A DNA stretch of 64,000 nt, from positions 62,001-126,000 of the forward strand of contig MCFE01000105.1 of NCBI GenBank assembly GCA_002104905.1. The letters are read 5' to 3'. Made by a program: the position numbers and the translations under genes. Shown piece after piece: positions 26,601-37,196 of the stretch (positions within the stretch are counted from its first letter, which is position 1; each line of letters opens with the position of its first letter). The stretch comes from Basidiobolus meristosporus CBS 931.73 (taxonomy: Eukaryota; Fungi; Basidiobolomycota). Under the pieces are notes generated by a model. The model had not been told where the DNA came from and did not search any database. It was given only the letters and a program-made list of their open reading frames with translations.

Positions 26601-26973
26601 CCCCATTTAGTCTGCAAGCTTAAAAATGTTGTAAAAGTTTGTATTTTCACCTAAATATTCACCTAACTTAGTCACTTAGATCATTACCTTCAAATCCTAG
26701 AGAATACTGACCAAATTCCTTGTTGGATTTACTTTGAATATTTTCCCCAAAATACCAGGTACCCAGAATATGAAAATTCTCAAAGTTGTTGAAACAGCCC
26801 CAAACTTTGCACACATGTGCTTGGGACCTTTTTTAACCTATTCTACATGTTTGTTATGACAAGACCAGGCAAAAGTATAAATACTACTTTTACATTCAAT
26901 AAATCATCAAGTGAAAACCACATATTCTACTTGTCCTCCCAATCACTCCAATATCTCCAAGATTCTTACAACA
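23658..26973 (+). mobile_element. Internally deleted copia-A element nested in the inverted copia-A gag
   Basis: LTRs 23658-24006 and 26627-26973; flanks CTTTG/TTTTG (4/5 TSD); PBS at 24007; gag-integrase fusion ORF 24541-25539; integrase/RT ORF 25569-26654 truncated in RT. Confidence 0.88.
24185..24532 (+). repeat. Copia-A solo LTR nested in copia-A gag
   Basis: 348 bp; perfect 5-bp TSD CTAAA at 24180-24184 and 24533-24537; gag frame (CPPKNMGEE) is continuous across it. Confidence 0.95.
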
Positions 26974-27331
26974 TTTTGTTGGTTATCATTGCTTATTAAA
27001 GTACTTTCTTCTTCCTTCTTATTGGCGCTTGATTTTCTTAATTCTTCATCCAGGAGCCTTCCATATACGTAATTTAAGGTCAAATCTTCAGTTCTGGACT
27101 CTAGGGCTGATACAAGACCCTGAAACTTGTCTGTCAGGCTATTCAGGATGGTAACTATCACATCCTCATCAGTAGTTGGTACACCCACAGATTCCATCTC
27201 ATCTATCAGCAGGGTAATTCTGTTTATTAGATTTTTCATTTCTTCTCCTGGCAGCATCTTTGTAGTAAAGAATTTTTGTCCCAATAGCAGTAGTAGACAT
27301 TGCAGAGAGTGACAACTTGGGGCTCATAACC

Positions 27332-27680
27332 TGTTGTAAGAGTTTTGGGGATATTGGAAGTGATTTGGAGAACAAGTGGATTATGTGGTTTTCACTTAAT
27401 GATTTGTTAAATGTAAAAGTAGTATTTATACTTTTACATGATCTTGGCATTACAAACATGTAGAATAGGCTAAGGAAGGTCCCAAGAGCATGTGTGCAAA
27501 GTTTGGGGCTGTTTGGACAACTTTGAGAATTTTCATGTTCTGGGTACCTGGTATTTTGGTGAAAATATTCTAAGTAAGTCCTAACAAGGAATTTGGTGAG
27601 TATTCTCTAGGATTTGAAGGTAATGATCTAAGTGACCAAGTTAGGTGAATATTTAGGTAGAATTACAAATTTTTACAACA
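27332..27680 (-). repeat. Copia-A 5' LTR (inverted)
   Basis: 349 bp with TG..CA ends and adjacent PBS. Confidence 0.92.
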
Positions 27681-27887
27681 CTTTGCACACATTCTCTTTA
27701 AAGCTTGCTAAGCATGTTCTGCGTACTTTTTTTGTTAAGACTAACTAAACCTATTCTACATGTTTGTTGTGCCAATACCATGTAAAAGTATGAATACCAC
27801 TTTTACATTCAACAAATCATCAAGTGAAAACCACATAATCTACTTGTTTGCTCAATTACTTCTGATATCTCAAAAAGTCTAACAACA
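27681..27887 (+). repeat. Right half of a diverged copia-A LTR
   Basis: Starts at CTTTGCACAC (mid-LTR), ends TAACAACA; carries an insertion relative to other copies; left half absent. Confidence 0.75.
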
Positions 27888-28526
27888 TACAGTTCTTTCT
27901 GCAAAAAATATTGATGACTAGGAGCTTGATTGGTCCAAGATTTGGCTGATTTTATTGCTAATTTCTTGATAACCCAGACTTTATTGGATACAAATCTGGA
28001 ATTTACATGTTTAAGGGCTAAGTTAAATAGTCATCAATAGCCTGTTACAGTAGCATCCCACTTGTAAAGTACATAACTATATATATATATACTGGCTGTT
28101 GTACAAAGGAATAAAACCATCTGCTTGGATCACAAAGGGGCCAATGGCCAAGCCGCTTGTTGATACATTCAATACTCCATATAAGAACCACCCCAATCAT
28201 AGATATGTGCCCTGTATTTCAATGATGATCTATTGCATCCCGCCAAAAGATAGGACACAATCTCGATACTCGGCGGAAAGCATTGTCATCATCCGATGAG
28301 AGCCACTAACACACTTCACCTTCAACATGGCAATGCGTGTAATAGAATTATCCAACCACAATAAACAAGAGCTAATTCACCCTGTATGATGCAACCCCAC
28401 ACCCATCAGTAAATGCGCGAGAGCATAAGCCACAATGCGCAAGAAGGTTAGGCCAGTCAACAATCCCATAATTATACATACACAATAATTGGGCAGGCAA
28501 AGCTGTACATTTGATATCTGAGGAAT

Positions 28527-29096
28527 ATGAGCGATAAAAAACGGTATTGGTGTTTGGAGCGTCCGGATATGCAGGCGACCACATTGTCTTCGAAGTTCGA
28601 TGTTTCGGGTTTCTCCAGGGTTGTTGGGAAGAAGGTCGACATCCCTGGAGTGAGGATTGTTGAAGGAGATTTGGACGATTATGGCTTTCTGGAGAAAGCA
28701 TTGACCGGGGTGGATATTGTGATCTCGTCTTTTAGCGGACCAGGAATGCCATCACAATCCCAAATTCTCTCGGCGGCCAAGCAAGCAGGTGTTCGTCGGT
28801 TCGCTCCTTCAGACTTTGGGTACCACTTCAGTCTTGATATCAAGGGCTATGGAAAGCCATACGTCCACCCATTCATCGAGACAAAGCTGGCCATTGAGCA
28901 AGAAATCAAGGATTTAGAATTAGAATATACTATTGTACACAACGGACGCTTCATTGATGCACATCCTGAAACAGTAAAAAAATGGGGCTGCGTCAGGTCG
29001 GATGAGTTTCTTGTCGTTAGGGCACATCAATCTACAACGCTAATCAACTCAGCCGATATCACGATCGTTTCATCTGATATTCACATTCGGCATTGA
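28527..29096 (+). pseudogene. NmrA/isoflavone-reductase-like NAD(P)-binding protein, apparently frameshifted
   Basis: VEGDLDD..LEKALTGVDIVIS, AAKQAGVRRFAPSDFG, TKLAIEQEI, LEYTIVHNGRF motifs. The Rossmann motif TVLVFGASGYAG is present only in another frame; C-terminus unrecognisable. Confidence 0.75.
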
Positions 29097-30339
29097 CTGG
29101 TTTACGAATTGGCGTGGGATTCTTCTACTTGACGAAGCTATTGGTGATTTTTATTGTAGGCATCGGATCGTTACATTATAGAAATGATTGCTGGGGAAAT
29201 TAGCCATTGCTACAGCCAAGAGAAAAGTCTCTGGTGGCAAATACAGAATACAGTCGTGTCACTAAAAGTGGTTCTTTTGGAAACCTGGGTGACACGTGAT
29301 ATTCCATCGCAAAACATTATTTACCCATAATATTCCATCATCAAACATTATTGGTTTGTTGGCCAGATGGAATTATTCCATAGTTGGTCGAAATTTTTTA
29401 CAACCAATGGAACATGAATGTTGACGGTATGCCAACCCATACCACACGAAAGGGAGTTTATCTGCACAAGCGTGCCAACTCTAACGCAGTTTGATGGGTT
29501 GAGCAGGCCCATACTCTCACGCTTACGCATATGAATAGCTCCTTCAGAATAACCACAATAATCGGTGAAGTTTTCTGACCTGCATTGGAGAGCTCCAGAT
29601 ATAGTTAGATCGCAGTATTTCTCACGCAGATCTGTCCTACCATCACAAGGATTTGGCTGCGTCAATACATACGTACGATCTGCGGGCATGTTTAGTTAAT
29701 GGACACCGTTCCAAAATAGAATTGTCTGGGTGATACACGGACCAATAGCCAAGCCACTCAATGATTCCATCAATATAACTCGTAAATATATTTCCATAAC
29801 AACATTATTCCAACATTTACGACATAATTCCATTTACCAATCCAGTTGACACATCAGATTCCCCGTCTTTTCCCATTATCTTAGAATACAAGAGCTACAT
29901 GCGATGACAAGGTGGCACTGGGATGAACCATTACTACGCACCGATAGATTTACTCGACTGGTTGCAGTACATATGCACTGCATCACAAAATCTTTGCGGT
30001 TATTTCGATACTGGTTACGTTGAGAGAAGTATTAATAATAGATTTTTTCTGCTCTCACATATATCCAAACAGCGTTTCAGGAATACCAAGCCAAGCAAGC
30101 AAGTATTTGTCGGCATGTTCCCTCAGACGTTGGGTATTATCTCACCCTTGAGATTGATTTCCCCCCCCCCTAGAATACACGTTTTTCGGTAAAGATTTCA
30201 AATCATAGTAAAATGCCGAGCTCTTCTTTTGTGGATATTTCAAATCATTCAATGAAATAGCGGATTTGGGTGAGAAGCAGAGCGGGAATATCATCGATAT
30301 CCATTAAAATCCATCCTAAGCCCTCCCAGTCCTCATTGG

Positions 30340-30600
30340 AGTTTTGCCTATCGTCTATTTGTGGCTTATGCTGAAGGGAAAGTTCGATTTCCTTCGGTCA
30401 TCAACAACAGTTCCCATAGAATCTGCCCAAAACAATAGGCATCATCCCATGATGGTATGTATACTGGACTCAAACTTTGTGCATTGATGCTTGGCGCCCA
30501 GTCTCCTTTGTACTAGCATTGACAATCACCCATTTATGGTAAAATATCTAAGCGCTCCCTGTATTTTGTATCGGGTTTGTTTGGACGTTTCCTGTTGTTA
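30340..30600 (-). pseudogene. Possible protein-kinase-like remnant
   Basis: Reverse-strand peptides LTTGNV, YKGDWAPS and DDAYCFGQILWELLL resemble kinase subdomains VIb, VIII and IX in order; interrupted by stops. Confidence 0.3.
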
Positions 30601-33600
30601 AGAACGTTCCAAATCTAATGGAAGCCTGCACTTAAGCTTAGGTTCGATGAGATCGCTCTCCGATTGATTAGAAACTGCCAAGATGGCAAGAACGATACAC
30701 TGGTTCCTCAGTTCCAGGCCAATATTTCATTCCCTGAATTGCTCAAAGATGGTGGGGCTAGAGGTGGTCGAAGCTTCCATATTGTGATATCGAAAACTTG
30801 AAATAACTAAACCTTGTATCAGTCGGTAATATTGGAGCCTGTATAGTCATCCTCCTCGTATTTTTTGCGATTATATCATTTGTTTGTGATGGACTCCGAA
30901 CATTCCGGAACTTGCAATCTCCCCCAAGTATGGAGCAAAGCCAGTCCTGTCTCTTGTGGTTCATTGTCTAGACCTGTGAGAGGATCGGTGGTAACAACCA
31001 AATACTAGGTTCTCGAAACACTGACCCACGAGCTTTGCGTCATTTCTCAGAAAATTCATCGGATAGGAAAACTTGAACACTTCGTGCCCAGTAATAAAGG
31101 AATGATCCGATAGGCAAACTGACGTTGAATTAACAATAACGCAGTGCTACGAAACTTTTCCGACGCTTGTCGGCAACACTTAATTAACCATGAGAACGCG
31201 ACAGTCAGGCTAAACTCTTGAAAACCCCACATATTACTCCGGTATCAACTGATGATACATGATGCCACATGCACAGCCATATGTGTATTTCACGGATGTA
31301 ATAGTTGAAACTCCGTCCCATAATTGCTGAGACGATAGCGCTGCAATACCCATATGGAAATTAGCAATTGGAGCTCGGAGCTTACTCACATATATATATA
31401 TCGGTACCACTGACTCAGCTGTATTCCAAAAAGAATATGCCAAGTAAGAAGCCACTAAACGGCTCAACCCAAGTGGGGTTGTATGAGAGTAACTTACCAA
31501 GAGAAGAATAGATTATGCATGAGAGGCCATGTACCACTTCTAACAATGAACCACAATAGGCAGGGTAATAGCGCCCATGGTACTTTATCAACATGCTGTG
31601 GGGAGGGATATTTTGGAAATGGATTAATTTGGTAGTCACCGTGCATGTGGCCAATACTTCTACTAAGAGGGGTTCTTAAAGTTGAAGGCGTACTTATTCA
31701 TCACAATGTACCCAGCGGCACCCAATTGGGCAAAGAGAAACAGATTTCTGCGGCATTGGAGATTCCAATGGGTCACAATGTACAGATTTCCGTGTATCGA
31801 AGCCTCCATCGGAAGATTTCTGAGCGGTGCCGTTTTTGATACACATATGTATGTATGCGCTTCATTGCGCGGTATACAAATGAACAGAGCCGGTGGAGCC
31901 CGTATCGCACGAGATAGATATTCCCAGAAGTGTAATACCGGTTGGAGCGCATAGACTCTAATCAAACCATATAACTGTGATTTTCCCATGTAATCGGCTT
32001 ACGCAGCACCACTGATAGAGGCAATAAATATATGGCATCATATATGCGGCAAACATATATTATGAATCATCCCGAAAGGAAGAAAGAGCTGAATTGCTCA
32101 CCGCTTAAGCTTAAGTATGTGATGTGATGCTCCGACCTTCGTGGAAACACATGCCGCAATTATCCGCATTAAGAATATTTTCCTTAAAAGATTTTCAATG
32201 ACCGTGCACGCTCAAGAGGAGGCGCGAAGCAGCGTCCCATTAATGAATGCTTGGCGCATCTCTTGGTAATCATGAGATTGCCTCTAGTCAAAGTATGAGC
32301 ACTCATCCATCCATCCATCCATGCTGAATTGGTGAAATGTATCCGACATTCACTCAATCAAAACCAATACATTATATTATCGATGCTACATTAGACTTGG
32401 GACAGATCCACGGTGTTAAGCCCAACCTATCACTCCGACTTATGGATAGGTTCTCTACTATATTGAGCCGATATAGTAATCCTCCTAGAGCGACAGCTTG
32501 GATACAAGTGATAATGCAAGACATTCATTGCGATCTCTCAGATTAATCTTGAGGCAATTTGAAACCCCACCTCTCATTGGAGGAAGATGAAGTAATATAC
32601 CAACCAATTCCTTGTTTGGTCCACCAAGAGAATGACTAATTCGTTAATCGTGAGGAGGCTCGTTAATTGGTGTACCACTAGAACTTTGGGTAAACAATGG
32701 ATTCACTTGACAAGAAGATGATGTAGCACATTGTGATGGATGGGGATCGAGCCTGTCCAGCTACGACCACATGTTCCATTACGGACTTCAAGAAAGGGAA
32801 ACTATTGTTGGTCTGTGTGATAGAGGGAGGTCCGCTTTGACTCGTCTCGCCACCGGGAGAAAGATCATGCTTGGTTGCGTTACCACGAAAACCTGGGATC
32901 GGTACAGACAGACAACAACGGTACTACTACTACTAGCTTCGGCGGTTTACCCTAATTTGTGCCCGGAATATGTTTTGTATAACATGGGTGGGTGGGTGTA
33001 TACAACCGGTATGAGTCAGATAAACCTCGACACATGTTGAGCAACTGAATTTTTTACGAATCTGCTGGATTAACCCTGCTGAGTGGTGAGTCTTATCTAG
33101 TTGAAATGGGTATATTAAAATGGAACGAAGACCTATTGTAGGCGCAGCTAACCACTATGGGAGCCTTATGCACCCAATTACGCATGTGCCGCTCATCAAG
33201 TATATATTATATGGGACGCAGTTCGTCTTTGTTACTAAATGATCAACCGCGGGGCCAATAGGAAGGGGATGCGTAACTCAAACAGTTCACCATCTTGATA
33301 AGTAAAGCATCACTTGGGCAACACGTAAGTGTTCCAGAGCTCAATTCAGGAGATTGACATCACAAACATCCATCCACTCACTCTAGTAACCGTATTAAAC
33401 ACGAAAGTTTAATCTTAATCGACGCTACGATTGTCATTCAACACAGATCCCATATACGTACTGTCTCCGTGGATCTAGACCGTCATTGTGTCTCCAGGGA
33501 GCCACAACATTACCAGTAAGTGAATGTTTTTGTGGAAAATTGAATCCCATCTGCCACCTGATAGGTCAGATGAGCCTACCCGCACTGACTGTAACCAGTC

Positions 33601-34497
33601 TGCCTAAGATATACCTTCCTGCCGCACGTGGGTCCTACCTGATTTGTTACGTTTTGGTGGGCCTCGAGGAAAGGGGCCTAATCCATCGGGATAATTGTCA
33701 AACCAGTCTGCATGCCGTAGTACTCAGGATCTTACACATGTTAGGGGATGGTGAGGACGGAACTTAACGGGTTCGATGGGACCACAGGGTTTCCATTTCT
33801 TGCCAGCGGAGGGTATCGATTGGCTCGAAGATCTTTCACTAGATTTGCCAAATCAAGCTCACCTAGAGCCAAATACTCTCAGAAGCGCAAATGATTGTTG
33901 GCTGATGGATGGTCAAAATTTGGCTATTGCTGTGATGAACGAATTCGGGGACATCACCGGCTACCGCTGTGCTAAGGGAGATTTGGGAGGTGGGTATAAA
34001 GATGGTTGAGCAGGCATACGTCATCCCATTATGGGCGTGTCTGGGCATTTTGTCTAAAAACCTAGTAAAGACTGAGTGAAATGTGTATCATGGAAATCCT
34101 AAATTCTGGGATAAATATTAAGGTCTGTGTAATATTTAATAATGAAAACTCTCACCAATTGCCTCCTTAGTGATTTCTATATTTGATTCAAACAGGAAGG
34201 TTGGATCGCCAGGGCGATATGATTGGTCGATGAGCCCTCATGCAAGATCAGTTCATCAGGAAAAATTTCGGCCATCGTATTTCAGACTGATAAATAGCTG
34301 TATACTTGGCAGCGTTCCCGTCTTCCACTTATTCCTCGGACTTTCGGTCCTCTCTTACCTTTCTGACTGCAACCTCCTTCTTCAGTTGAAAACCAAGGCC
34401 TTCTTAATGTCTTCAAACAGCCTTCAAATCCTGTCTGATTTAGCAGAATACTTGTTCTAGGGCGTGTTTACTAGTTGTTTGACAAGTATTTTATATC

Positions 34498-35096
34498 ATG
34501 AATTTAGAGCTAATATTAAATCCCATTGAGAAAGATAACGATGAAAGCGACCAGAAAGAGTCTTCAGCGGATGGCTGTACTTTGAAGAGAGTGCGAGCGC
34601 GGAAAACATATCAATGTTCTTGGGAAGGATGCACCAAGCAGTTCCAACGAAGCTCGGAGCTGAATAGGCACCGCAGAACGCACACCGGGGAGAGGCCCTT
34701 CCCGTGTCAATGGTGCGGGAAGGCTTTCATACAGCAATCGGCCTTGAACGTGCATATCCGCATCCATACAGGAGAGAAGCCTCATGTGTGCGACTTTCCC
34801 GGGTGTCAGCTTGCTTTCAGCGACGTAAGTCACCCAATTGCCCCGCATTGCATTAAACACCGAACATTGTACTCACCAAGTTCCCTCTCGCCTCCTTTTC
34901 GCATTCATCCTTCTAGTCCTCCTCCATGACTCGTCATAGACGTACGCACTCGGGTATACGGCCGTACCGATGTCTCTATCCCGATTGCGGGAAATCGTTT
35001 ACGCGACGCACCACCCTGACCAAACATCAGATTCAGCACGAGCATCACTTGCAGGAAGAGTTCGAGACTCCAGCAGAACACTCACAAGTCAGATGA
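34498..35096 (+). CDS. Four-finger C2H2 zinc-finger transcription factor (2 exons)
   Basis: Fingers with TGERP/TGEKP/SGIRP linkers; GT-AG intron 34825-34916 restores FSD|[11 protein letters not shown]; stop TGA at 35094-35096. Confidence 0.92.
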
Positions 35097-35635
35097 CCCA
35101 TGTCAGAATAGCATGAAGTATAGACTCAGAATAGCCGATCTTTCTAAGCCATAAATAATACGGATGGGATGGACGACCCCCAATTGGACACCATGCTGCA
35201 CCAGTAAAGCCCAGAGGAGATCGCTTATGGATATTGTAAATAAATACCAATATATAGAACTCAAGAAAACTCGATGTTTAATGTGTTACATGTATGCTAC
35301 ATCTCCAAAACTACTCGATAAATTACAAACTCCAGCTCAATCAATACCAGCCGATGATGGTTAGGATTGGGGGTTCCTTAAAGGGCAAACCAAATGTTGC
35401 ACATAGCCTGGAATCCAATGAAATTTTCACACTTCGGGAGGATTTATCCAACAACATATATACATATATATTGAGCTGTCTTGCAACCTACATACGCTTA
35501 GACAAGTGTCAAGATGATAGGAGTTGTTTGGATGGGTATGGCAGCGGTGTCTAAGTCCACCGTCCTCCAAGACGAGCTGGAGCGACCATCAGAGTCCTTG
35601 TTCCCAACCGGTTTCTCGGGGATTTCGGGATGGTT

Positions 35636-36301
35636 TTACTCATTGAGTAGGGACTGGATATCCATGGGGGACTGGCGTTGCCTATGACGAGCTGCGGACT
35701 TCTCTGTGTCCTCAATCGATGTTTCATAAATGCCAGAATTCTCTGAAGCCAAATGGATGGAGCCTTTGATATAATTGGATGGTTCAGGTGGGTGCGTGGC
35801 GAGGCTCGATTGCACCGCTGGGTGTGATTCAATCCAGATATCAGCCTCGGCGTTGGGTGGATGAAAAGCGGCGTGGAAGGACTGGCGCTGTGTTTGATAG
35901 CTTCCAGGTGTTGGTTGGTCCGACTTATTGGATAATTCTTCCGCATATTGCGGTCTCCTGTTGGCCGCCTGGGGATGCGCATCAAGTGACCATGGCTTAG
36001 GGTTGGAGTCGCTTGCGCTCCCATCATTTGGCTCGATCGAACGCATGTTGGGTGCGTGGCTCGACTGCGCGCTGGCGCCAAAATAGCGTTGGCGGTCGGT
36101 TTTATCGAATGGTTTTTGGCTGTGAACTTTGAGGTGTCTCTTCAATTCATCGGAACGGGAAAATTGCCTGGTGCAGGCGGGGAATTCGCAGCGATAGGGC
36201 TTCTCGCCAGTGTGCGTTTTGATATGCCGATTCAGGTTGTCGGAGCGAATGAACGATTTGCCACAAGTGTAGCAAGAATACGTCTGAAAAGTCGAGTCCA
36301 T
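35636..36301 (-). CDS. Two-finger C2H2 transcription factor with EGR/KLF-type recognition helices, 221 aa
   Basis: ATG at 36301; CYTCGKSFIRSDNLNRHIKTHTGEKPYRCEFPACTRQFSRSDELKRHLKVH; low-complexity C-terminus. Confidence 0.92.
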   Translation of the reverse strand: MDSTFQTYSCYTCGKSFIRSDNLNRHIKTHTGEKPYRCEFPACTRQFSRSDELKRHLKVHSQKPFDKTDRQRYFGASAQSSHAPNMRSIEPNDGSASDSNPKPWSLDAHPQAANRRPQYAEELSNKSDQPTPGSYQTQRQSFHAAFHPPNAEADIWIESHPAVQSSLATHPPEPSNYIKGSIHLASENSGIYETSIEDTEKSAARHRQRQSPMDIQSLLNE

Positions 36302-37196
36302 GGTGGCGATGCCAAGCAGTGAGAGTCGAGGGATGTATCGTTTCGTAGGAAGGGGTCCAAGCCCCAACAAACATTTTGGATAATGTCGCTGATCACTCTT
36401 TTATATTAAATCCCCAAGCTGCCTCCACCCCTTTGATGAAGTGGAATATGCCGATCGACTATTCACCCAAGTATTTGACGGATATAGATTGGTTGTGTTA
36501 AGCTTGATCCAATCAAATTTCATATTCACTCATGAAAATCTAACTTTCCTCTTCATCAACTGGGGTTTCTAGATATAGCCTGGTATTATGATAAGGAGGA
36601 TCCCTCATCTGCACCATGCCTGGGTACGTCTTCCCCTGAGCCTGCCTTCTATATTCATCAGTCAGGTTGTAGAGCGAAGAATCGCTAATTATGAGGAAGA
36701 TGAAGTAACATTCCGTATTTAACCAACACCTCGGATATCATATGATCACCTCGAGCTGGCTTTCCCGTTCGCATGGGCCTGTAAGTAAACAGGACACACA
36801 TAAATGATTCGTTTGGTGAAACGGCCCATGTTACCAACGTAGCTGGAGCATTGCCATGGTGTGTATTCGTGGATAATCGTGGATTAGAACGGATGCCCCA
36901 AAGTTTCCAAAAATAGCTGCTGAGGGCTATGTTTATTACAAATCGGTATCCGAATTTAGGTAAGCTATGAGGTTATCTGCATATAGATTGGTCGCTTAGA
37001 TCACCTGTGAGTGCGAAGGATCTGTAGAACATTAATGATCCCCTTAGTCCTGCACCATGCTTCGTGTTTACGCTAAGTGGTTTAATCGTGTATTAAGTAT
37101 GTTGGGGATTAACGGGATTACTGGTGCATATACAGTTAAGTGTCGATTAGCATATACGTGTCCCGCACGCTGTATCATGATGTTGGACGCTATGGT

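Larger units (their letters stand above)
23484..27680 (-). mobile_element. Inverted copia-A remnant (5' LTR, PBS, partial gag) split by a nested same-family element
   Basis: 5' LTR 27332-27680 and PBS 27320-27331; gag runs to ...AACCAACAAAA at 26974 and resumes CAAAGGATGTACC at 23657, continuing through the knuckle to ~23484. Confidence 0.85.

Noticed and set aside
3079-27459. Recurrent short ORFs containing NTTFTFNKSLSENHI
   Set aside because: All map to copies of the family A LTR; start, length and frame vary between copies, so they are repeat shadows, not a gene family.
3140-27887. CRISPR-like or satellite interpretation of the ~349-bp repeat
   Set aside because: TG..CA ends, PBS, PPT and TSDs identify the units as LTRs; there is no repeat-spacer periodicity and the DNA is eukaryotic.
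1-28150. Neurospora-type RIP (CpA to TpA)
   Set aside because: CA and TG are abundant while CG is what is missing, and copy-to-copy changes centre on CpG. A formal RIP index was not computed.
29348-29689. Cys-rich 113-aa reverse ORF
   Set aside because: No signal peptide, family motif or splice support; not called as a gene.
31234-31989. Overlapping hydrophobic reverse-strand ORFs suggesting a membrane protein
   Set aside because: Only vague resemblance to membrane-protein families; fragments lie in different frames without convincing splice sites.
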